The notes under the pieces: generated by a model
Seen by the model: the letters and a program-made list of their open reading frames with translations, nothing else
The model's database searches: none
What the model was told of the DNA's origin: nothing
NCBI GenBank assembly: GCA_963815455.1
Contig: CAWFGO010000003.1
Coordinates: forward strand, 352,001-416,000
From: an uncultured Verrucomicrobiae bacterium
GTDB lineage: Bacteria > Verrucomicrobiota > Verrucomicrobiia > Chthoniobacterales > UBA10450
Direction of reading: 5' to 3'
Length of the DNA: 64,000 nt
Shown: one piece after another, positions 54,271 to 62,385 of the stretch
Numbering within the stretch: the stretch's first letter is position 1
Layout of the letters: each line of letters opens with the position of its first letter
Translations under genes and position numbers: made by a program

Positions 54271-54921
54271 ATGAAAAAGACCAATCTCCTTACGCTCGCG
54301 CTCACCGTTATTTTGCTCACCGGCTGCAACTGGCCATTTGGCATCCGGGGCAACGGCAATATCACAACCGATCAGAAAAACATTACGGACTTTTCCGAGC
54401 TGCAAGCCGGCGGGCAGTTCAATGTTGAATGGCGGAGCGGCCCGCCCTCTGTAAGCATCACCACCGATGCCAATCTGCTGCAATACATCGAGAGTGAAAT
54501 CACGGATAACCAACTCCGGTTGCACACTCGCGAGCATCTTTGGCCGACCCACGGGATCAAGGTCCTGGCCTCGAGTCCCACTCGCATGGGTGCGAGACTT
54601 TCCGGAGCGGTCGACCTAAAGGTGCCGCAGATCGCCGGGCCGAAATTTTATTTCAAATCCACCGGCGCGTCGGACGTGAAACTGGACGGGAACGTCGATG
54701 AACTTTTGGCCGACATGACCGGGGCAAGCGATTTGAATGCGAAAAATCTGCAGGCCAGGACGGTCGAGATTTCGACGACCGGCGCAGCCGACGCAGATAT
54801 CAGTGTCAGCGAGACGCTAAGAGTTTCGATTACCGGCGCCGGCACGGTGAATTATTACGGCAACCCGCCGACGATCGAAAAACACGTCACTGGCGCGGGC
54901 TCGATCCGGCACAGGGATTGA
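54271..54921 (+). CDS. DUF2807 (GIN domain) lipoprotein
   Basis: Lipobox LLTGC; GIRGNGNI, DANLL, repeated TGAS/TGAG, YYGNP. Confidence 0.85.
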   Translation: MKKTNLLTLALTVILLTGCNWPFGIRGNGNITTDQKNITDFSELQAGGQFNVEWRSGPPSVSITTDANLLQYIESEITDNQLRLHTREHLWPTHGIKVLASSPTRMGARLSGAVDLKVPQIAGPKFYFKSTGASDVKLDGNVDELLADMTGASDLNAKNLQARTVEISTTGAADADISVSETLRVSITGAGTVNYYGNPPTIEKHVTGAGSIRHRD

Positions 54922-54939
54922 ACCATCGATTCCGCCTCA

Positions 54940-55025
54940 GGTGGATCGGCCGCTCCGCGGGCGATGCTAGATTGCAGGCGGCTTCGCCGCTCAATTAACA
55001 TCGAGCTCGGAGATCTCGATCCACC
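54940..55025. repeat. GGTGGATCG...CGATCCACC palindromic element
   Basis: Inverted copy of 48849-48935; ends immediately before a TTG start. Confidence 0.8.
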
Positions 55026-55454
55026 TTGAAACAGCCTGCCGCCATCAAAATTCTGGTTTGGTTCGCCGCGCTCGCTTGCGCCGGCATGTTCTTGTCGATC
55101 CCGCTGGTTTACTTCGGGATCGCGCCGGCGATGATGGGCGGCGAACCGGTAACGCGCAGTGAGTGGCTGCACATCGCCGCGCCGCTTGTTGCCGTGATCG
55201 GCATTTTGATGGCGCTCAGTTCTTACGGACTGGCAACGCGTAAACCGTGGGCCCGTCGGGCAGTGATGGCGATCCCGATCTTGATCGTCAGTTACGCCGT
55301 TGCCATTGGCGCGCCCGGCTGGATCAAGCCGGTCATCATGTGGCGGGCCGTGATCAATGGATCCATTCTCGGCTGCCTTTCCGTTTGGTATTTCTATTTC
55401 AAACCAAACGTGGCGAAATACTTTCGCGAACTGCAAGATCGACATCGACCGTGA
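55026..55454 (+). CDS. 4-TM hypothetical membrane protein
   Basis: Four hydrophobic segments; GTGA overlap with the next gene. Confidence 0.7.
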   Translation: MKQPAAIKILVWFAALACAGMFLSIPLVYFGIAPAMMGGEPVTRSEWLHIAAPLVAVIGILMALSSYGLATRKPWARRAVMAIPILIVSYAVAIGAPGWIKPVIMWRAVINGSILGCLSVWYFYFKPNVAKYFRELQDRHRP

Positions 55455-55954
55455 AAAATTCCGAGCGACCAACATTTCTCTTCCGTTATCGACTGGCTCT
55501 GGGCTTTTTCATCTTCGGCCTGGTGACCAGTGGCCTGACCGCTTTTCCACTCGAAATGGAATCCGCGCTCTTGAACCGCTGGCTCGGGCTAAATCCGCCG
55601 ATCGATCCGAATGGCAGTCTGTTTCAGCTGCATGCGTTCATCTCCCGGGTTCATTACGGAGTTCAGCTGACCTATCAGCAGTTTCCGTTCTTCGGTTACG
55701 GGACCGATTGGCTCGGGTTCGGTCATTTTGTCATCGCGGCTTTTTTCGTTTTGCCGTTTGTCGATCCAATTCGTTACCGCGCGATTGTGCAGATTGGCTT
55801 GTTCGCCTGCGGCGGAGTCATCGTTTTCGCATTAATCGCCGGGCCGATCCGGCATATCCCAATCTATTGGACGATGATCGACTGCAGCTTCGGAATCGCC
55901 GGCGCTATTCCGCTTCTTTATTGCCTGCGTTTGACCCGGCGGCCCGGCAACTAA
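55451..55954 (+). CDS. Conserved-type hypothetical membrane protein
   Basis: SGLTAFPLE, YGTDWLGFGHFVIA and IDCSFG motifs. Confidence 0.7.
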   Translation: MKNSERPTFLFRYRLALGFFIFGLVTSGLTAFPLEMESALLNRWLGLNPPIDPNGSLFQLHAFISRVHYGVQLTYQQFPFFGYGTDWLGFGHFVIAAFFVLPFVDPIRYRAIVQIGLFACGGVIVFALIAGPIRHIPIYWTMIDCSFGIAGAIPLLYCLRLTRRPGN

Positions 55955-56679
55955 CTGCGACAAAGCTCCTCGACGATCCGCGGCAGCGCGATGGCCGCCG
56001 GTTCCCGCACCGATTTCGTCGCGAATTCCGATAATGAAGTCTCCTCGGGATTCACTTCGATGAGCCGTCCGTGGTCGCCAATCGCGCGCACGGCCCAATC
56101 GACGATGTAGCCAAATGTCGCGGTTGTGCCGATGACGAGCGCAACATCGCAAACTTTTTGGCGCAGGTAATTTTCCACTCGTTGAATCTCGAGAAGGTCC
56201 AACTGTTCCCCAAACCAAACCACGCCGGGCCGCATGAGCGCGCCGCACTCGGGGCATTTCGGAACCAGTCCACGACCCTGGTCGTGATCGTGCTCGCCAT
56301 ACGCAGAACTGCAACGCGAGCAGCGGGTGACGAAAATGTCTCCATGAATCTGCACCATTTTCTCAGCCCCCAAGCCGGCCCGGGCGTGAAGATCGTCCAC
56401 GTTCTGGGTTACCAGCAAAAACTCGCCGGCCAGCTTCGACAATCGCGCGATCGCGTCATGCGCCGGGTTCGGTCGAGCCTTGCGAATCCGTTCCCGTCGT
56501 TCCCGATACCATTCCCAAACCAATTGTGGATTTTCCGCAAACGCTTCCGGGGTGGCCAGCTTCATCGGATCGAGGTCCGAGCCGGACTGGCGGCTTCGCC
56601 AGTAACCGTCCTTGCCACGAAACGTCGGGATGCCGCTCTCGGCCGAAACGCCGGCGCCGGTGAGAACAAGGACGCGCAT
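55951..56679 (-). CDS. cobB: Sir2-family NAD-dependent deacylase
   Basis: TGAGVSAESGIPTFRG, TQNVDDLH, HG, two CxxC and RPGVVWFGE motifs. Confidence 0.92.
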   Translation of the reverse strand: MRVLVLTGAGVSAESGIPTFRGKDGYWRSRQSGSDLDPMKLATPEAFAENPQLVWEWYRERRERIRKARPNPAHDAIARLSKLAGEFLLVTQNVDDLHARAGLGAEKMVQIHGDIFVTRCSRCSSAYGEHDHDQGRGLVPKCPECGALMRPGVVWFGEQLDLLEIQRVENYLRQKVCDVALVIGTTATFGYIVDWAVRAIGDHGRLIEVNPEETSLSEFATKSVREPAAIALPRIVEELCRS

Positions 56680-56714
56680 AATCGCTATTCGACACGCGGG
56701 ACGCCCGCCGGCCC

Positions 56715-56766
56715 CACAGGCTTGCCGCAGCGAGTCCGTCCGGTGGCGGACAAGATGCCTGTGCTA
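56715..56766. repeat. CAAGATGCC-type REP carrying the 30-bp micro-insert (56721-56750)
   Basis: CACAGG[CTTGCCGCAGCGAGTCCGTCCGGTGGCGGA]CAAGATGCCTGTGCTA. Confidence 0.8.
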
Positions 56767-57032
56767 GGAATTATTCCCAGCCGATCTGGCGGCCTTTGTT
56801 TTGTTCTTCCAGCCACTTCATTAACGGTTTGAAATATTCCATCATCGCGTAAACCCGGCGTTGGCCAGAGCAAGAAAACGGTCGGCCCGATCCTGAACCG
56901 GAGATTTCGGGGCAGCCAAGGTAACGAAGGGAAAGAGCGATGCCAAAACGAGCGAAGGAAGAACGGAGCGATGCATACCGGCAGAGTACTCAATACATAT
57001 GTCGCGAGGCAAGCGAAGGACGACACCCGGTG

Positions 57033-58916
57033 CTATTTCTCCCTTTGCAGTTTTGCCTGGGCCCGGCGCAGGTTGTCGCCGGCAACGTGCAACGCCGGCT
57101 TGAGTTGCAATGCCTTCTCGAACTCCGGGATGCTCTCGCGGGTCTTGCCGGAGACGAGCAAGGCCAGACCCAAATTGTTATGCGCTTCGGCGTTGTCTGG
57201 GTCTAATCGCAGTGCCTGGTGAAGTTGATCGATTCCTTCGGGAAATTTCCCCAGACGCACCAGCACGAGTCCGAGGTTCGTTCGCATGTCGGCATCATCC
57301 GGAGCGACGTGCGCGGCCAGTTGCAGTTGCTCCGAAGCGGCGTCGTTCCGGTTTTCCCTGGCCAGGGCCAGACCCAGCTCCATGTGCGCTTTGGCCGACC
57401 CCGGCTGAGCGCGAAGCGCGCGCTCATAGTAGTCAATTGCTTCGCCCATCCGGTTTTGCTTCGATCGGGTGATTCCGATGTTCAACAAAGCGTCAAAGAA
57501 ATCCGGTTTGATCTGCAGCGCTTTTTCAAAATGCGCGCCGGCTTCGTCGTAATTGCCCTTCTGGCCCAAAACCAGACCGAGATTGTGTTCGATAATGAGG
57601 CTCGGCGGAGTCACTCCCAATGTGTGCCGAAACAGGGTGATGCTATCGCGCCAGTAATTGACCTGCACCATGGTAAGAGCAGCGAGGGCGATCAACGGCG
57701 CACCGGCCAGAATCGCTACAACCGTGGATGGAAAATTTCGCGCGCGGATCACGTCCGCCAGTCCGAACACGATCGCGACGAACAAACCGATCGAAGGCAG
57801 ATAGTGGTAGCGATCGGCCATGGTTTGCCCGCCGACCTGAACAATTCCTATCACCGGAACCAGCGTTCCCACAAACCAAAGCCAGCCGACGATCAGGTAG
57901 GGCCGGCTTTTCGCCTGCAAAAAACAGAAGACCGTGATCCCGGCCAGAGCGATTACCGCTCCAATGATCTGCCACGCCGGTATCCCCTCAGGTGGGAACG
58001 GATAGTAGACCGCAAGATTGGCAGGCCAAAAAGTGACAAACAAGTACTTCGCGTAGGAGACGAGAGCGTTCGACAAACGCAGGGAGACAGGAGCATCGAC
58101 AAAGGTGCGCACTGCTCCGCCGTGCGTTTGGGCGATATAAGTGATGACTGCGGAAGCCGCGACGATGCCAAAGAGCAACAATTTTTCCCTAACAAGCGGG
58201 ACGAGCGATCCAAAAAAGTTTCGGCCGGACGCCGGCGTCGGCAGGCGGCGCAGCGGCCAATAATCGAGCAGCAACATCACCAACGGCCAGGTCATGAGCA
58301 TCGGCTTGGCCAGGAGCCCAAGCGCCAGCGTCAACGCAGTCCACGCGTAGCGACTCCGCGATGGCGCCTCGGCGTAACGCGAATAAGCAATCAGCGATAA
58401 CAGACCGAACAACGTCGCGAGTGTGTCCTTGCGTTCAGCCGCCCAGGCGACGGATTCCACGTGCACGGGATGAAAGGCAAACAACGCTGCCACGAGAGCG
58501 CTGCACCAGCGGTCCCGGGTCGTGCGCAAAAAAAACCAGAATAGAAGCAAGGTGGTTGCGATGTGGATCGACACGTTAACGAGCAGGTGACGGCCCGCAT
58601 TGAGCCCGAATAACTGGATATCGATCATGTGGGCGATCCAGGTGAGCGGATGCCAGTTCGCGGCGTGAAACGTGGTGAAGGCCCAGATGATTCCGGCGAA
58701 ACTAAGGCCGCGGTTCACCATCGGGTTGTCGCGGATGTAGAGATCGTCATCCAGACCGATGAACTGGTGTCCGACGACGCGCGCGTAGATTGCGAACGTG
58801 ACAATCGCCAAGCCAACTGCGATGAAGACGTCGGCTTGGCCGAATTTCGTCAGCGGACGCGCCGGGACAGCGGATCGTGATCTTCTTGCTGCAGACTTCG
58901 GCATGCGGTTGCTCAA
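57033..58916 (-). CDS. TMTC-like membrane protein with C-terminal TPRs (putative GT-C glycosyltransferase)
   Basis: LDDDLY, WHPLTW, HPVHVESVAW and ADRYHYLP motifs; about 6 TPRs. Confidence 0.85.
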   Translation of the reverse strand: MSNRMPKSAARRSRSAVPARPLTKFGQADVFIAVGLAIVTFAIYARVVGHQFIGLDDDLYIRDNPMVNRGLSFAGIIWAFTTFHAANWHPLTWIAHMIDIQLFGLNAGRHLLVNVSIHIATTLLLFWFFLRTTRDRWCSALVAALFAFHPVHVESVAWAAERKDTLATLFGLLSLIAYSRYAEAPSRSRYAWTALTLALGLLAKPMLMTWPLVMLLLDYWPLRRLPTPASGRNFFGSLVPLVREKLLLFGIVAASAVITYIAQTHGGAVRTFVDAPVSLRLSNALVSYAKYLFVTFWPANLAVYYPFPPEGIPAWQIIGAVIALAGITVFCFLQAKSRPYLIVGWLWFVGTLVPVIGIVQVGGQTMADRYHYLPSIGLFVAIVFGLADVIRARNFPSTVVAILAGAPLIALAALTMVQVNYWRDSITLFRHTLGVTPPSLIIEHNLGLVLGQKGNYDEAGAHFEKALQIKPDFFDALLNIGITRSKQNRMGEAIDYYERALRAQPGSAKAHMELGLALARENRNDAASEQLQLAAHVAPDDADMRTNLGLVLVRLGKFPEGIDQLHQALRLDPDNAEAHNNLGLALLVSGKTRESIPEFEKALQLKPALHVAGDNLRRAQAKLQREK

Positions 58917-59018
58917 TTGTAACGCCGAATAAATGTGGAAGAAACGCTGTTTTCCAGAAGAATGACTGCTATCGGCCTTTGCTCCGCTGTGCTAAAGAGG
59001 TTCTTTCCGATCTCCATC

Positions 59019-59444
59019 ATGAGCCAAGCCTTTGAAAGTTCGCGCGCGCCCGAGCCGGTCGGCGCGTTTCCGCACGCCAAACGGGCCGGCGATCTTCTTT
59101 TTCTTTCCGGAATTGGCCCGCGAACGCGGGGAAGCAAAGAGATTCCGGGAGTCACGCTCGATACCACTGGCAACATTGTAAGTTACGACATCGAGAAACA
59201 ATGCCGGGCCGTGTTTGAAAACGTCCGGCTCGTGCTGGAAGACGCCGGTGCGACCTGGAACGACATTGTCGATGTCACGGTCTTCCTCACGCACATGAAG
59301 AAAGACTTCCCGATCTATAACAAACTCTACGCCGAATATTTCGCCGGCCCGGGGAAACCGAACCCCACCCGTACTACTCTAGAGGTGGGAGCACTGCCCA
59401 CTCCCATTGCCATCGAGCTCAAGGTGATCGCGGCGGCACATTAG
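59019..59444 (+). CDS. RidA/YjgF-family protein, possibly 2-aminomuconate deaminase-like
   Basis: APEPVGAFPHA, LFLSGIGP, PTRTT and IELK motifs; neighbour of kynU. Confidence 0.85.
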   Translation: MSQAFESSRAPEPVGAFPHAKRAGDLLFLSGIGPRTRGSKEIPGVTLDTTGNIVSYDIEKQCRAVFENVRLVLEDAGATWNDIVDVTVFLTHMKKDFPIYNKLYAEYFAGPGKPNPTRTTLEVGALPTPIAIELKVIAAAH

Positions 59445-59446
59445 TA

Positions 59447-59570
59447 TGTCATCCTGAACCGCGGAGACGGTGAAGGATCTCCTGTCGCCGAAAAGCACGG
59501 AAGTTGCCTAGTAACGGGACCGACAGAACAATCGCGAGATCCCTCGTCGTCTCCGCGACTCGGGATGACA
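59447..59570. repeat. GTCAT-tagged palindromic element with 35-bp imperfect arms
   Basis: TGTCATCCTGAACCGCGGAGACGGTGAAGGATCTC / GAGATCCCTCGTCGTCTCCGCGACTCGGGATGACA. Confidence 0.85.
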
Positions 59571-59624
59571 CGCTTTGTTAATTTGAGCGTTTAGTTCTCG
59601 CCGATTACGATTACGAGCACGAGC

Positions 59625-60089
59625 ATGAACCGGAAATTCAAGATTATCGCGGCCGATCACACTGGCATTACGGTGTCGAACCTCGAGCGCGCGCTCGCCT
59701 TCTGGCGCGATGTGCTCGGCTTCGAGCTTTCTCATCGGCCGCATCAGACTGGCGATCTGGCCAGCGAAATCACCGGAGTTCAAGGGGCGGAAATTTCGAT
59801 CGCCGTTCTCAAGGGTTACGGGCACAAGATAGAGTTACTCGAGTATCTCGCCCCGGCCGACCGGAAACATATCGATCTTCGGCCGTGCGATGTCGGCTTT
59901 GTTCACGTCGCATTCACTGTCGATGATCTGGACGCGGTTTTGAACGCGATTGCTGCCTCCGGTTGGAAAGCAGCAGGCAAACCACAGACTCTTCAAACCG
60001 GTCCGAACGCCGGCAAGCGCGTTGTTTACGTCCGCGACCCGGATGGCACAACCATCGAGTTCATGCAGCCGCCCGCTGATAAAGATTGA
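59625..60089 (+). CDS. VOC/glyoxalase-family protein
   Basis: DHTGITV, IELLEY, HVAFTVDD and RDPDGTTIEF motifs. Confidence 0.9.
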   Translation: MNRKFKIIAADHTGITVSNLERALAFWRDVLGFELSHRPHQTGDLASEITGVQGAEISIAVLKGYGHKIELLEYLAPADRKHIDLRPCDVGFVHVAFTVDDLDAVLNAIAASGWKAAGKPQTLQTGPNAGKRVVYVRDPDGTTIEFMQPPADKD

Positions 60090-60093
60090 TCAT

Positions 60094-60195
60094 CCGCAGA
60101 TTTCGCGGATTAACGCAGATTTTGGCGACAGAACGATTCGCACCTGCGGTGAAGTTGTCGTTCTTTTGAATCTGCGAAATCTGCGTAATCTGCGG
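60094..60195 (+). repeat. Inverted 9-nt tandem arrays forming a stem-loop between the VOC stop and the kynU start
   Basis: (CGCAGATTN)3 / (AATCTGCGN)3. Confidence 0.85.
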
Positions 60196-60198
60196 TTA

Positions 60199-61467
60199 AT
60201 GCATTTCTCCTCTGCTGAAGAATTCGCCCTGGAACTGGACCGCGAAGATCCGCTGCGCGACTTCCGCGACAAGTTTCATCTTCCGCTCGGCAAAGATGGC
60301 AAGCCGGTGATTTATTTCGCGGGCAATTCGCTCGGACTGATGCCGAAAACGGCGAGAAGGATCGTTGAAGGGGAGTTGGACAATTGGGCCAGACTCGGTG
60401 TCGCCGCTCATCACGCCACCGACACGCCGTGGTATGCGTATCACGAGACGTTGCGCGAGCCGATGGCGCAGCTTGTCGGCGCGAAGCCGGTCGAGGTCGT
60501 CTGCATGAACAGCCTCACGGTGAACATTCACCTGATGATGGCGACGTTTTATCGCCCGACCAAGTCGCGTTTCAAGATCCTGATGGACGATCCGGCTTTT
60601 CCTTCCGACACCTACGCGATCAAGACCCAGATCGTCCATCACGGGCTCGACCCAAAAGATGCGCTCGTCCTGGCGCGGCCGCGCAAAGGCGAATTCACGG
60701 TCCGCACGGAAGACATTGTCGATCTTATCGAAAAGCACCACGGCGAACTCGCTGTGCTCCTAATCGGCGCCGTAAATTTTTTCAGCGGTCAACTGTTCGA
60801 CATTCCGGCGATTACCGCAGCAGCCCAGAAACGCGGGATCATCGTCGGCATCGACCTGGCCCATGCCATCGGCAACGTCCCGCTCTCATTGCACGATTGG
60901 AACGTCGATTTCGCCGTCTGGTGCTCATATAAGTACCTCAATGCCGGCCCGGGCGCAGTGGCGGGCGCGTTTGTCCACGAACAACATGCCACCAATACAA
61001 AGCTGCCGCGGTTCGCGGGCTGGTTTGGGAACGATCCGAATACGCGCTTCCAATTGCATCTCGAGCCGGAATTCATTCCAGTTCCATCCGCCGATGCCTG
61101 GCAAATCAGCAACCCGCCAATCTTCTCCATGGCGCCGTTGCGCGCTTCCCTGGCCATCTTCGATGAAGCCGGCGGGATGGAACCGCTCCGCGCGAAATCG
61201 ATCAAGCTAACCGGTTATCTTCAGTTTCTGCTGGAGGGCTCGGGCGCGAAACGCTTCACTGTGATCACGCCGCGTGAGACGAACGCGCGCGGCTGTCAGT
61301 TGTCGATCTTCGCGCACGAAAATCCAAAGGAGTTGTTCCAAGAACTCCAGTCGGCCGGCGTAAAATGCGATTTCCGCGAGCCAAATGTCATCCGCGCCGC
61401 CCCTACCCCGCTTTACAACACATTTCACGAGGTCTGGCGATTCGCCGAAATTTTGGCCGGACGTTGA
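60199..61467 (+). CDS. kynU: Kynureninase
   Basis: YFAGNSLGLMP, MNSLTVNIH, FPSD, DLAHAIGN and WCSYKYLNAGPG motifs. Confidence 0.95.
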   Translation: MHFSSAEEFALELDREDPLRDFRDKFHLPLGKDGKPVIYFAGNSLGLMPKTARRIVEGELDNWARLGVAAHHATDTPWYAYHETLREPMAQLVGAKPVEVVCMNSLTVNIHLMMATFYRPTKSRFKILMDDPAFPSDTYAIKTQIVHHGLDPKDALVLARPRKGEFTVRTEDIVDLIEKHHGELAVLLIGAVNFFSGQLFDIPAITAAAQKRGIIVGIDLAHAIGNVPLSLHDWNVDFAVWCSYKYLNAGPGAVAGAFVHEQHATNTKLPRFAGWFGNDPNTRFQLHLEPEFIPVPSADAWQISNPPIFSMAPLRASLAIFDEAGGMEPLRAKSIKLTGYLQFLLEGSGAKRFTVITPRETNARGCQLSIFAHENPKELFQELQSAGVKCDFREPNVIRAAPTPLYNTFHEVWRFAEILAGR

Positions 61468-61529
61468 AAAATAGCTTTTGCCAAACCACACAATCTCCGG
61501 GCACTGTAAATGCGAAACAACCGACCGAG

Positions 61530-61754
61530 ATGAAAATGAAAATTGCAATACTGGCAGTGGCCCTGCTTTGCCTCACCGGCCTTACATCGACAACGAAAGC
61601 CATTTCGTTGACCATCGAAATCGGCGACCGGCCCTATTACACACACGGCCCAGGATATTGGTATCGCCATCACTATTATGTATGGGTTCCCGGACACTGG
61701 GCCTGGCGGCATCATCACCACGTTTGGATTCACGGGCATTACCGCTTGCGCTAG
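61530..61754 (+). CDS. Small secreted YXWGXW-repeat, His-rich protein
   Basis: Signal peptide; YVWVPGHW and HVWIHGHY. Confidence 0.75.
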   Translation: MKMKIAILAVALLCLTGLTSTTKAISLTIEIGDRPYYTHGPGYWYRHHYYVWVPGHWAWRHHHHVWIHGHYRLR

Positions 61755-61813
61755 CGGAACAGACCGGGATCCGTGGCGCGTTCATCCTGCCTTGATTGCA
61801 GGAGCTGTCGTCC

Positions 61814-62230
61814 TTACCAGAGCAATTGCTTCACGCAATTGATAAGACCCGAGATGGCAAACGGCTTCACCAGATACTTCACATCGTGCTTGTTGAAAAA
61901 CAGCGCGATATTCGCGTCGGTGGCGAAACCGGTGATGAAAATGAAACGATCGGCCAGTGATGGACGTATCTCCTTCACTTTCAAGTAAAACTCGTCCCCC
62001 CGCAGCCGCGGCATTTTCAAATCGCAAATCACGGCGTCGTATTCGTGCGCTTTCACCTTTAGAATGGCGTCCTCGCCATCGAAGGCCACGTCGACCAGGA
62101 AATTTTCATCCGCCAGGATCCACTGCAGAGCGGAAGCCAGCTGCTTGTCGTCATCAACGACCAGAATGGCCTTCAGTTCCAAGGTCTTGATCGGAGCCTT
62201 AATTTCGTCCGGTTGCGGCGTAAAATGCAT
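61814..62230 (-). CDS. Single-domain response regulator
   Basis: ILVVDDD, CDLKMP, FITG and KPF motifs. Confidence 0.9.
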   Translation of the reverse strand: MHFTPQPDEIKAPIKTLELKAILVVDDDKQLASALQWILADENFLVDVAFDGEDAILKVKAHEYDAVICDLKMPRLRGDEFYLKVKEIRPSLADRFIFITGFATDANIALFFNKHDVKYLVKPFAISGLINCVKQLLW

Positions 62231-62269
62231 CTTGAATAGCCTCTCTTGAGCAGTCGCAGTGCCAACATC

Positions 62270-62346
62270 GGAGGTCGGAGATCAGAGGTCAGCGGTCAGA
62301 AGTCCCAGGCGGGCCCCTGTCCGGTAGCGGCGGTCTCCGACCGTCG
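62270..62346. repeat. 7-nt (GGTCAGA)n array plus a GTAG REP
   Basis: ggaggtcggagatcagaggtcagcggtcagaagtc; GTAGCGGCGGTCTCCGACCGTCG. Confidence 0.65.
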
Positions 62347-62385
62347 CACTGATCGAGAATTGCGTCCGAGCCTCGCTGATCCGGC

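Noticed and set aside
55951..56679. Sir2-based anti-phage defence
   Set aside because: Canonical CobB-type deacylase with Zn ribbon and no defence partners nearby.
59950..60198. N-terminal extensions of kynU, mutL, glf and the phosphodiesterase in the ORF track
   Set aside because: The extensions are translations of repeat arrays (e.g. NLRNLRNLR); the recognisable family motifs begin at the downstream starts.
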